Below are positions 26,637 to 38,757 of a stretch of DNA of 64,000 nt, piece after piece. Within the stretch, counting starts at the first letter, position 1. The number at the start of each line of letters is the position of its first letter. This DNA comes from Octopus sinensis (lineage: Eukaryota), in NCBI RefSeq assembly GCF_006345805.1, contig NC_043000.1:124372001-124436000 (forward strand), given 5' to 3'. The translations under genes and the position numbers were made by a program. The notes under the pieces are model-generated. The model made no database searches. It was given only the letters and a program-made list of their open reading frames with translations, and was not told where the DNA came from.

Positions 26637-28199
26637 GTGTGTGTATATGTTTGTGTGTCTGTGTTGGTTCCCCAATATTGCTTGACAACTGATGCTAGTG
26701 TGTTTACATCCCCGTAACTTAGCGGTTTGGCAAAAGAGACTGATAGAATAAGTACTAGGCTTACAAAGAATAAGTCCTGGGGTCGATGTGCTTGACTAAA
26801 GGTGGTGCTCCAGCATGGCCACAGTCAAATGACTGAAACAAGTAAAAGAGTAATCTTAAAATTTCAAAATCTTTGATAGCAACAGAAAAGGTGTTGCTAT
26901 TCATTTATCTCTTTCATTTTTTGCTTTTCTCATGGTCAACTTTTCCCTTCTCTACATATTGTTACCACCAGTTGGGGAGCTCCCTCAGAAAATTTTTAAT
27001 ATTGTGTAAAAGGAAACAGACATATAAAAAGAAATATCACAATAGCCACCATTGAAAACATACACAAGTAGATTTGCTAGATGGCTGTTATGTAGGCGAA
27101 CATAGGTAGGTAAAGTGATATGTAGGTAAAGAGATACGTAAGTAGATATGTAGGTAAACTGATAGGTAAGTAGATAGATAGGTACATAGGTAATACTGGC
27201 AGACAAGCACACACACACACACACACCACACACACACACATGCACACACACGCACACACGCACACACAAATGCACACACACACACACACACAAAAGGAGA
27301 TGGAAACATATGACCATATACACACACACAACAAGGACACATATGGAGATACACATCCATACATTACAGATGCATGTACAGTCACGCAAACCCATACATA
27401 TAGACACTCAAACACGCACACACGAGGAGACATAAGTACGCACACAAATACACACACGCACACACACAAACAGGAATATGCAGAATACATACAAATGTAA
27501 GCACACACATACATACATATATATATATATATATACATACACACACATATATATATGCATTCACGCACATGCATACATACATACATACATACATATATAC
27601 ATACATATGTGTATACACATGCACGGTGATGCCCATCCATTCACACAAACAAACAAAAAGAATGCAGCTCCGATAACAGATAGTCAACAACTACAGAAGA
27701 GGTTGCAAGAAGCAACAAAAAATATAAAAAATACATAAATAAGTAAATGAATAGAAATTGCTCCGGTGAATGTTAATTAATAAGGCATTAAAACAAAACG
27801 ACTCTCCTCAGATGCAACAATCATCACCATCATCATCATCGTCGTTTAACGTCAGCTTTCCATGCTGGCATGGGTTGGACGGTTTGACTGAGGGCTGGCA
27901 AGCCAGAAGGCTGTACCAGGCTCCAATCTGATGTGGCAAACTTTCTACAGCTTGATGCCTTTCCTAATGCCAACCACTCTGAGAGAGTAGTGGGTGTTTT
28001 TTATGTGCCACTGGCATGAGGGCCAGTCAGGCAGTACTGGTATCGACTACACTTGAATAGTGCTTTTTACATGCCACCGGCACAGAAGCCAGTCAGGCAG
28101 CACTAGCAACAACCATGCTTAAATGGTGCTTTTTATGTGCCACCAGCACGGGACCAGTCAGCTGGCACTGGCATTGACCATACTCTTTTTTACTAACCT

Positions 28200-28740
28200 T
28201 TCATCAAGTTTTTGAAAAATAAAGCTTTTTCTCAGATGATGTGTCTGGGTGTTGGCAAAGCCACTCCTCATGAAATTCCTCAGCCTGCATTAAGAAAAGA
28301 GCTTGTGATAATCTCACATGCAGTGATGTTCTAACATCCACAAACCATTTAAACAAGGTGTCTCTCATGCCTGGTGCTTTTGTTTTACGACCTCCTCCAG
28401 CAACTCTGAAATGTTTCTTGGGTTTTTTTTCAGCACTGTCAAGTTTGTCTTTCAGATATTTTTCATAGCAGTGTTTGGCTACTTGGACAACAGAATCAAA
28501 TAGTTGAGATTTTGACACTGGCCAAATTCGAGTAAAAAAAACAAACTGCTTCGCAAGATATCCCTGTTTTAGTGCGTCTGGGACATGGCATTTCCTGTTA
28601 GCATCCCAATCAGTTTTCCCTTTCATTCGCTCTAATTCAGAATCATACTCCTCTTTGCAATTGTTTACCACGATATAAGTGCTTGCTTTTCTTCTATAGA
28701 ATAATTTCCATACATTACACCACAAAATATAATTTTCTCT
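28200..28740 (-). mobile_element. pogo/Tigger-like transposase fragment
   Basis: RVAGGGRKTKAPGMRDTLFKWFVDVR...LYFSK resembles a CENP-B-type HTH; ORF starts in a microsatellite; no DDD domain seen. Confidence 0.65.
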
Positions 28741-29337
28741 GCTATGATCTGAGAGTGTGTGTGTGTGTGTGTGTGTGTGTTTCTGTGTATGTCTGTATGT
28801 GTGCATCATTAAAACTTGAGAACAATCCAACTGATTTCATTCAAATTTTACACATACCTTACTTAGTGTCCATGCAGTGTCATGGGCTGAAAAAATCTTC
28901 AATTTCTTGCCTAATGCAAGCCTGGAGCAATCTCTTATCTCTTACACCATTTCAGTATTACATGTCAAAAGTGAAACAACATCTCTATTGTAATGTAAGA
29001 TAATACTGTCAGTTTTAATAGTTTCACTATGTATATAATATATACATAGTGAAACTATTAAAACTAAAACTATTACCTCACTTACATATGTACATGCATG
29101 CATATATATATATATATATTAGCAGAGATACCCGGCCTTGCTCGGGATTAAAATGGCATAGTTTTTTTTTGTTTTATTTGTTTCAGTCATGTGACTGTGG
29201 CTATGCTGGAGCACTGCCATTGGTTGACCATATTGATCACAGGATTTATTCTTTGTAAGCCTAGTACTGATTCTATCAGTGTCTTTTACCGAACTGCTAA
29301 GTTATATATTTATACATACACAAGCTCATACATGTAC

Positions 29338-29373
<36 letters not shown>

Positions 29374-29453
29374 CAAAGTGAAGTTGTAAGGAACCACACG
29401 AGTGGAAATATATATGAAAGAAGGTTTGAAAATGCAATTTTAGATATTTATTA

Positions 29454-29495
29454 ACTTGACCGGTTTCACTTTTTCAGAAAAAAGTTGTCAAAAGT
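29454..29495 (-). ncRNA. Hammerhead-like motif, U3-A8 variant
   Basis: Minus strand: actt-TTGACAA-CTTTTT tctg AAAAAG-t-GAAA-ccgg-TC-aagt. Confidence 0.42.
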
Positions 29496-30008
29496 AAAAT
29501 GTAAAGCTTTGTATAAGCTTTGTTGTGTTAAGTAATGGTTGTCACAAAAGTATTAAAATACATATATACATTCTTTTGCTTTTAGCCCTGTTTTTTTTTG
29601 TGCATGTGCGTATATAGACGTGTGCATGAACCTTTTTTATGCGCGTGTGTGTGCGAGCGTGTATGCGGGTATGTATATATTTTTTGCCGAATGTGTGGGT
29701 GAGCTTGTGTGTGTTTCAAGTGAGGGTGGATGAGTATGTACTTATAGGCGCATGTACATGGGTGTACGGGCGCGCATGTATAGGTATGGACATGTGCGCT
29801 TACGCAAATACTATGAACATTTTTATTCCCTTACCGTTACTCACTCCCCTCACTTAGCGGTCGTTCTAATAGCTCTTTTGTCTTAATAACGGTCAATCAC
29901 ACAGTAATTTCCCTTTGTTTAACAGTCATTTTCATAGCATATTTTCGATGGCCGCGTAACCGAAGAGATAGTGGCCACATATCATATTTACAGATAAATT
30001 CTTCTATT

Positions 30009-30422
30009 GGATCTTCTCGATTTGAACGGCAGTTTTTTCTAGCGGTGTCATGAAATTGTCATCCATAATTATGACCCTAGTATCGATCTATCGCATTTCA
30101 ATCGGTTTTAGGGTTAAGGTTAGGGGTGGGGGGAAGGGTATCTTTTTTCTTCAGAAATGTAAATAAACCCAATTTGTTTCTTAAAAGAGTGACATATTCA
30201 TACGGCGCCTAATGTTTTCACCTCAACAGACGTCATTGATTGGTTGAAACTGCAGAAATTGAAGAAAAACAACAACAAATATCTTACAAACTATAGAATT
30301 TTCTTAATAAAGCCAAGAGAAAAGGATGTTTTATAAACACATTCTACCAGTATATGAAGTTTAAAAGTGTTTAGTTACGTGGAAATTATTAAAAAAAACT
30401 GCCGTTCAAACCGAAAAGATCC
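30009..30422. mobile_element. MITE with about 30-bp TIRs and 8-bp TSD (Merlin- or hAT-like)
   Basis: GGATCTTCTCGATTTGAACGGCAGTTTTTT ... AAAAAACTGCCGTTCAAACCGAAAAGATCC; flanked by CTTCTATT at 30001-30008 and 30423-30430. Confidence 0.8.
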
Positions 30423-30612
30423 CTTCTATTTACATAATATCGAGGTCACTTTCATTCTTTTGTTGTTTTACCACTTCTATCAATATATGTGTGTGTGCAC
30501 ACACACACATACATACGCGCACACACATATATGCATGCACATACACACATACATATATGTGTATGCGCACAAACAAAAAGAACCCAGCTCGGATAACGGA
30601 CAGGGTCAACGA

Positions 30613-30649
30613 CTACTGAAGAGGTTGCTAGACGCAACGAAAATTTTAG
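30613..30649 (+). ncRNA. Very small hammerhead-like motif
   Basis: cta-CTGAAGA-g-GTTGC tagac GCAAC-GAA-AATT-T-tag; 3-bp stem I, UUU triplet. Confidence 0.38.
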
Positions 30650-30878
30650 GGAAAATAAATAAGTAAATGAGTGGAAACTTTACCGATGAGTGTGTTTAAT
30701 AACAAGGCACTAAAAGAGACCTACCCTCTCCGGACACAACAAAACAAACGATATATATGTGTGTATATATCTATACATATTTATACTCATGGGAGACAAC
30801 TCTGGATGCATTTCAGTCAAACGTTATCCTTTCAGAGAGGGCACCGTGTTTACAACTGATCCGAAGAGGTCCAGTAAA

Positions 30879-31000
30879 ATGACTACGTTCATCCCTAAAA
30901 TTGAGAAGCTTTCATCATGTGTTACCCGTATTCTTGGATGCAATCCAGGCCAAATGACACTTCAGGGTACAAATACATATTTAGTTGGTAAAGGAGATAG
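30879..31000 (+). CDS. LACTB2: Endoribonuclease LACTB2 (metallo-beta-lactamase fold), coding exon 1
   Basis: [40 protein letters not shown] matches the LACTB2 N-terminus ([21 protein letters not shown]); donor AG|gtacag; 122 nt, phase 2. Confidence 0.93.
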
Positions 31001-31279
31001 GTACAGTAAACTTTATTTCTTTCTTTCACTGACACTATCGGTTGTTTAGCTTCACGGCTGACGTGTTGGTACAGACGTATGATAACCTGCTTATCTTCTT
31101 TTCTCTTACATAATTTGCTTAGACCCACATTACCCCATGTAGTGTACTTATTTTACAGAGAATGTCATTATGCGGATATATTAGTCTTCTATCCATTCGC
31201 TACTCAGTGTTTTACATCTTTCGATTTTTCGGTCAAAGTAAGGGGCCTGGATCCAGGCTTAAAAACAAAAAACAAAAAG

Positions 31280-31880
31280 ATAGTGTAATAGGTGTAAAAC
31301 AACTTGCTCTAAACGAATATGACAAAAAAAAAAAAAATGCGTGCTCGCGAAAGTGGAGTTGGGGAGAGACCCTTTAGTTTGACCTTATTTTCTACCTACT
31401 TGCAAGTATTACATTATTTTGTACTGTTGCATCATCTTAAAGAGTAAAAATTGGTCAGCGTAGTTGTTGTTAAAGTTGAAGAAAAAACCCCCAAAACAAA
31501 CATATTCCGGTGGCAGGTCCTCTTTTTTTCAAATTTGTTCTCCACTTTGATTTTGATTGTGGTTGCTAATAAAAAATTCGCGCACGCGAAAGGGGGGTGG
31601 GGGAGAGGCCTCGGAAAATTCACATCGGGAAGTTCCGAAAGCGTCTGAGGGGCTGACCCGGGCACCAAAACAAAAAAAAAAATAGTGTAATATGTGTAAA
31701 ACAACTTGCTCTAAACGAATATGAAAAAAAAAATGCGCTCTCGCGAAAGAGGGGTGGGGGAGAGGCCTCGGAACTTCCCGATGTGAATTTTCCGAAGCCT
31801 CTCCCCCACCCCCCTTTCGCGTGCGCGAATTTTTTTTTTCATATTCGTTCATAGGAAGTTGTTTTACACCTATTACACAC
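31280..31880. repeat. CpG-rich composite direct and inverted repeat in LACTB2 intron 1
   Basis: About 68-bp inverted pair (about 31573-31640 and 31768-31835) plus a roughly 90-nt module at about 31280 and 31680 and partly inverted at about 31840. Confidence 0.8.
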
Positions 31881-32896
31881 ATTTTTTTTTGATTTTCTGA
31901 TATTTGTTACGCCCTATATTAACCATATCTAGATAACCATATCAAAATATCTAGATAGTTTTTGGTGTTTAACAATCAATATTATTTCAAGTCATTTTTT
32001 TTTCCACTCTAATGTCTAATTTGATAATTTTCAAGTTTCAAAGATATGATTTCTAAAATGGGGTAAAATGAGTAATGTCTGATTTCAATAATGTATTCTC
32101 TTTAACTGCATGGTGAGTAAATATATAACGAAGACAACACTCCAACGAATCGTGAAGAAGCTATAGATGATATTTTATGTTGAGTTTTTTTTTCTGTTTA
32201 GTCGAGTTTCGTTAATTTCATATCATGTGCCATTTTCCCCCGACCCTGTTTCATTTGATGTAGATATTTATTTATGTAGTAATCTTTTGCATTTCTCATC
32301 TTTCTGATGTCTAAGGATAAATATTGATGTCTTACTCATTTTGCCCCATCCAAATTTGACTTATATGCTCCAAAAGAACGGCAATAGGGAAGGCCATTTG
32401 CTTAACTGATATGAAGCGATAAAGTCGGTGGGGCATATAATATATGGAGGTATGCCAGATCAGTTTTGACATTTTTTCTGGAAATATTTTCTGATATACA
32501 TTCTACAAAATCACCCATCAGAAAAAAATCATGGGAAGAGGTGGGGAAAAAATTCCCTGGACGCCCCCACAAAAACAAATTGCCTAAAATCTACACACCC
32601 AGATTATTGTGCTGTCGACTCATGTAACTAAAGTATTCCTCATTTTGAAGTAGACCTAAAGCTTCCCTTAAATATTTTAAGCTACCCCAGATTCTGTCAA
32701 TGCCAGATCACTTGTTTATTTTTTTTAACAATGGAACTCAAAGTAGAAAAAGCTATTAATAATAGCATGTAAAATATTGGGTTAAAACTTCCCTTTTGGC
32801 TGGCAAAAATGAGTTGTACTGGTAATTCAAAGGGTCAGACTCGTTACATTTTGTATCATACTGAATCCCCTGAGAACTATATTCATTGTACACATA

Positions 32897-33300
32897 GGTG
32901 CAGGAGTGGCTGTGTGGTAAGTAGCTTGCTTACCAACCACGTGGTTCTGGGTTCAGTCCCACTGCGTGGCATCTTGGGCAAGTGTCTTCTACTATAGCCT
33001 TGGGTCGACCAATGCCTTGTGAGTGGATTTGGTAGACAGAAACTGAAAGAAGCCCGTCGTATATATGTATATATATATGTGTGTGTGTGTATGTTTGTGT
33101 GTCTGTGTTTGTCCTCCAACATCGCTTGACAACCACTGCTGGTGTGTTTATGTCCCTGTAACTTAGTGCTTCAGCAAAAGACACCAATAGAATAAGTACT
33201 AGGGTTACAAAGAATAAGTCCCAGGGTCGATTTGCTTGACTAAAGGTGGTGCTCCAACATGGCCACAGTCAAATGACTGAAACAAGTAAAAGAGTAAAGA
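32897..33300 (+). mobile_element. tRNA-derived SINE, family B, with internal microsatellite
   Basis: A-box TGGCTGTGTGGTAAG, B-box GGTTCAGTCCC, body ...gtgctccaacatggccacagtcaaatgactgaaacaagtaaaaga; copies at about 26425-26850, 50643-50790, 52550-52790 (+) and 35460-35815, 62615-62975 (-). Confidence 0.8.
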
Positions 33301-34842
33301 GAGAGTATATCTGTGGAGTATTCATTAATTTCATGAGCAAATTGTTCCATCGATTGGATCAGCTGGAACACTTGTCATAACCAACAGTGTCAGTTACTCC
33401 ATTACTCTACATTAATTCCTACCATCAGTCCATTATTCCCACAATACTTATCCTGTTATCTTAGAAGGGCAGAGACAGTTATGGCTCTGTAGATGTTGCG
33501 TTTGCTGATGAGAAAGAAATTAAGTATGTTTAGATTGTCTCTGTGTTGGTCTGAGACACACCTTGGGGATGAAACAAATTAATGTAGAAAAGTTGCTGAA
33601 TACAAAAGATTTGGTTTTTGCCCCAGCAGCATTAATATGGAAGGACTGTGGTTGGGGTTGGGTGAGGGGAAAGGTGAGTTGTGAGCAGTGATGTTGTAGA
33701 GGACAATGACTTTGAAGAGGAGTAAATTAAGTTGTCTTTGAGGCAAGAAGAGATGTGGTTGTAGAGTTCAGAGAGTGATGGGGGAAGCAGATATTTTAGA
33801 CGGAGCAGCAGGAGACTTTGAGCCTGACTAATTGGAACTCTTTGTTGCTGATGTGCTGGTGAGAGAGGTGATTGTAGAGGGGTGAGTAGAATCTATATAT
33901 GGCTTGACTGAAGAGCATAATATGGACAGCAAAGATGGATATTGATAACAGTTTAGAAATTTGTGTCACGGTGACAAATAAGATATGTGGTTTGCTGGAT
34001 AGTAAAAAAAAACCCAATTATGTGAGGTCTGTGTATGGTTTTTTTTTTTCAGTGCAGTCATAAAAATCTTACTCATTGAAAAGTTCAATTCTGTACAAAC
34101 CCTAAAGTAACAAAGCCTTGACCTTTACCACTTCAACAGCAAGTTGCAACAAGATGTATGTTTAGTACATTGTCGTCATTGTTTGTTCGTTTGTTGAGCG
34201 AAGCGGTCTTCTTCCCAGAGTGGGAGAAGTCCGAAACATGGTCCTTTGCTATTTGTAAGACCTGCAGAAGAGAAAGCAAGTCAACCCTGACACCGAGAGC
34301 ATCGACGGATGAATGAATGTGCATCCAGGCTCAGCGGTTGCGTAGAAAGTTGGGGATAAGAAACAGGAAGAAAGAGTGAGAAAAAGTTGGAGCGAATGAG
34401 TACAACAGGGCTCGCCACCACCCCCTGCTGGAGCCTCATGGAGCTTTAGGTGTTTTCGCTCAATAAACACACACAACACCCAGTCTGGGAATTGAAACCG
34501 CGATCCTGCTGCTCTAACCACTGGGCGTCATCGCTGTACTTGCAGATATCCTGAGCTGTCCAAAGTCTGTATTTGGAGCAGTACCATACTCATTGAAAAT
34601 GTGTTCTAAAGAAAGTTGAGGAAATGTTGTTGTTGTTGTTGTTGGTGGTGGTGGTTTGGTGGAGGTAGAAGAACACAAAGCTGTAATCATGCCTGAATAT
34701 GTATCTTTTATCTGTTACTTACTTCAGTCATTAGACTGCGGCCATGCTGGAGCATTGCCTTGGAGAAATTTCTTTTTAGTTGAATAAATTGACCCCAGTA
34801 CTTATTTTTTAAAGCCTGGTACTTGTTCTATTGTGGAGACAC

Positions 34843-35090
34843 ATGGCCTAGTGGTTAGAGCTGCGGACTCCCGGTCGAGGGATCGTGGGTTCGAATCTCA
34901 GACTAGGTATGTGTGCGTTTATGAGCGAAACACCTAAGCTCCATGCGACTCCGGCAGAAGGTAATCGCGAACTTCTGCTGACTCTTTTGCCACTTCTTTC
35001 TCTCACTCATTCCTCTTGCATCTTGCAGCTCACTTGCGACAGACCAGCGTCCTGTCCAGGTGAGGAAACCTATACGCCAAGGTGTGGCTC
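34843..35090 (+). mobile_element. tRNA-derived SINE, family D
   Basis: TGGCCTAGTGGTTAGAG A-box, GGTTCGAATCT B-box, unrelated body; related minus copy at about 34240-34520. Confidence 0.65.
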
Positions 35091-38000
35091 GAGAAGGAAC
35101 AGACAAACTTGTTCTATTGGTCTCTTTTGCCGAAACCATTAAGTTATGGGGACATAAACACACCAACACCAGTTATCAAGCAGCAGTGGGGGACAAACAC
35201 ACACACACGGCATGCTTCTTTTAGTTTCCACCAGCCAAATCCACTCACAAGGCTTTGGTTAGCTTCAGGTACCATGCCTAAGGTACCATACCCATGGTAC
35301 CATGCAGCGGGACTGGAAATGTAACCACGTGGCTGAGAAGAAAACTTCTTGCCACACAGCCATACCTGCACCTATATTTGTAAAAGAATTTACAGTCAAA
35401 TACTGGAGTTGAAATAACTGACTGGTCTTCCTTGCAAAATAATTGGTCTCGTGACTATTCTTTTATTTGACTGTGGCCATACTGGAGCTCTGCCTTTTAG
35501 TTGCATAAATCGACCCCAGGACTTATTCTTTGTAAGCCTAGTACTTATTTTATCGGTCTCTTTTGGCAAACCGCTAGGTTATGGGGACGTAAACACTCAA
35601 ACATTGGTTGTCAAGTAATGGTGGGGGGAACACAAACATACACACACATATACATACGACAGGCTTCTTTCAGTTTCCATCTACCAAATCCACTCACAAA
35701 GCTTTGGTCAGCTAGAGGCTATAGTAGAAGGCACTTGCCCAAGGTGCCATGCAGTGGGACTGGAAATGGAATCACATGGCTGAGAAGCAAACTTCTGACC
35801 ATACAGCCACGCCTGTATTTCTATAAAATGTCATTAAACAAATATGCATGATTGTAAAGAAGTTATGAGGAAACAAAGTTAGATGGTGAAGGAGTAGTAA
35901 ACTGTAGATTTGATATCTATAACACATTGCTAAGATTGCATAATATGTGGGAACAAGCTTTTTTCTTGTTATTAAACCTCCTCCTCCTCCCACCATCATC
36001 ATCATCAATTAATGCCCACATTTCCGTGCATGCAAGGGTCAGACAGAATTTGTTGAGGCAGGTTTTCTACAGCCGGATGTCCTCCCTGTCACCAACCCTC
36101 ACCTGTTTCTAAGCAAGTTAATATTTTCCATGTTTATGGTGGCGAGCTGGCAGAAACGTTAGTACACTGGGGGAAATGCTTAGCAGTATTTCGTCTGTCT
36201 TTATGTTCTGAGTTTAAATTCTGCTGAGGTTGGCTTTGCCCTTCATCCTTTCGGAGTTGATAAATTAAGTACCAGCTGCATACTAGAGTTGCTTTAATCA
36301 ACTGACCCCCTCTCCAAAAATTTTGCACCTTGTGCCTAGAGTAGAAAAGAATATATACATTTTCTTAAGGTGGTGAGCTGGCAGAAACATTAGCACGCCG
36401 GGCGAAATGCTTAGCGGTATTTCGTCTGTCTGAGTTAAAATTCTGCCAAGGTTGACTTTGCCCTTCCGCCTTTCGGGGTCAATAAATTAAGTACTAGTTG
36501 TGTACTGGGGTCGATCTAATCGACTAACCCCCTCTCCCCAAGTTTTGGGCCTTGTGCCTAGAGTAGAAAAGAATATTTTCCAAGACTGAAAGCAAACACC
36601 TTCACATGTGGAACAAGCGGACACCCTCACGTGTCAATGATGCTCATTTGCAACCATCATGTGATGTGTATACAAGGGTACACACACACACACGTACATG
36701 CGCGCATACACACACATGTGGATGCACACATACACATTACATGCATATGTTATGCCTCTTTCAGTTTCCATCTACAGAATTCACTCACAAGGTTTTGGTC
36801 AACCTAGGGCTACACCAGAAGATTCTTGCCCAAGGCGTCACACAGTAGGACTGAATCCCAAGTCATATGGTCGAGAGGCAAGCAACCTTCTTAACTCCAC
36901 AGCTACACCTGTACCTATTCTTGGCAATAATTTCACTATGTTGCCAATTCACGTGCAAAGTGTGATTAACATTATGCAAATGTTGCATGTCATAGTGTTA
37001 TCTTCTTCAACATTTGTAGGATGTTAAGCATGTCATCAGGCTTGTCATTTGTAGTTGTATCTTGTCTGTTATCTCAAGGTATTTGCGTTGTTATCTTTTG
37101 CAAACGCGTGTTGTGATCAGGCATACATTACAGAATGTGTTAAGATAAAAATATTGTTTTAATTCATTGTAGTTATAACTTAATGAAAAATAGTCATTAG
37201 TGTTAATGATAATTCTCTCTCAGAAAAGGAAGAGAGAGAACTCTTGAAGTTTTTATCAGGTAAAAAAGTAAATTGAAATACACTTATCTAGTTTGGGAGA
37301 TTGAATCTGACTTTTGGCAGCTGTAATCTCTTCTACTCTGTGCACATACGACCCCAGTATATGACTGGTACTCAATTTATAGACCCTGAAAGGATGAAAG
37401 AGTAATTTGAACTCGGAACGTAAAGACAGATGAAATGCCACTAAGCATTTCACCCAGCGTGCTGATGTTTCTGCCACCTAGCTGCCTTTTGGCCTTTTGG
37501 CCTTTTGTGGTCGATGAAATAAATACCGTTTGAGCACTGGGGCAATGTAATCCACTAGTCCCCTTGGCCTTGTACTAAAATTTGAAACATTATCATTAAA
37601 AATGTGGTGAGCTGGTGGAATTGTTAGCATGCTGGACAAAATGCTTAGCAGCATTTCATCTGTCTTTATAAATACTAATTGAGTGCTGTGGTGAATAGAA
37701 TAAGTAGTTGTTGAGTACTGGGGCCAATGTAAGCAATTAACCATCTCCCTCCAAACATCAGGCTGTGTTCCTATAGAAGAGGAAGAAGAAGAAATGTTTC
37801 CTTCTCAAGCCATGCCAGGCTCATAAGGGACAGTTTCTTAGTTTCAGTGGTGTAGAAATTCGCCACCTGGACGGGACACTGATCCATTGCAGGGTTAATA
37901 ATTTTTGCTAGTTGAGTGGACTTGAGCAATGCGAAATGAATTGTTTTGCTCAAGAACACATCACACCGTCCAGTCCAAGAATTGGAAACACAATCTTATG

Positions 38001-38154
38001 ATCATAAGTTCAACTTCCTAACCACTAAGCCATGCACCTCCACCTGTGTTCCTACAGTAGAAAAAATTATTATTGTTATTTTTAAAGGAAATAAATTTCA
38101 TTTTAAAATTAATTTTTCTAATTCATGTTCCGTTGTATTACTCCATCTTTTCAG

Positions 38155-38318
38155 CAAAATACTGATTGATGCTGGTGAAGAGAATAACTCTGAATATATT
38201 TCACTGCTTCAGACAGAGCTGAAGACGAATAAATGGTTTATTAGTGATATTATCGTCACTCACTGGCATGGTGACCACGTTGGTGGTGTAGCTAATATTC
38301 TGCAAGATGTACAAGAAG
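38155..38318 (+). CDS. LACTB2: LACTB2 coding exon 2
   Basis: cttttcag| acceptor; KILIDAGEENNSEYISLLQTEL...IIVTHWHGDHVGG with the HxHxDH metal motif; donor AAG|gtaaat; 164 nt. Confidence 0.94.
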
Positions 38319-38757
38319 GTAAATCAGTTTTTATCAAAAACATGTATCATCATCATTATCATCATCATCATCATTTAATGTCAGTTTTCCATACTAGCAT
38401 GGGTTGGACGGTTTGACCAGGGTCTGGGCAGCCAGGAGGCTACACCAGGCTCCAATCTGATCTGGCAGTGTTTCTACAGCTGGATGTCCTTCCTAACGCC
38501 AACCACTCCGTGAATGTAGTGTGTGCTTTTTACGTGTCACCGACACACATTTCAAATCTTAAATGGATTAGAAATTTCATGAGAATTATACATAACAAGA
38601 AGTTGTAGCCAGAACAATTTTTATAGCATCATATCCAATTGTAGCATCTTTTGTGTCCAATTACTTCTTTGTCCTTGTATGATCTCAACGAGTTAGATTT
38701 TATATTTTTCAACAAGATTTTTTAGTTCATTACAACAATTTACTGACTGTGTGAATC

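Noticed and set aside
30108-30128. Interstitial telomere
   Set aside because: Only 2-3 imperfect TTAGGG units, internal to a MITE.
30759-30878. N-terminal extension of LACTB2 from the upstream ATG in the ORF track
   Set aside because: Homology starts at ATG 30879 and the 122-nt exon is phase-consistent; the upstream part is low-complexity.
33340-34010. GA-rich stretch, possibly a retroelement remnant on the minus strand
   Set aside because: No recognisable motif could be read; left unannotated.
34848-34925. tRNA gene (also 12615-12690 and 50505-50570)
   Set aside because: A and B boxes are present but there is no complete cloverleaf or acceptor stem; they continue into SINE bodies or tails.
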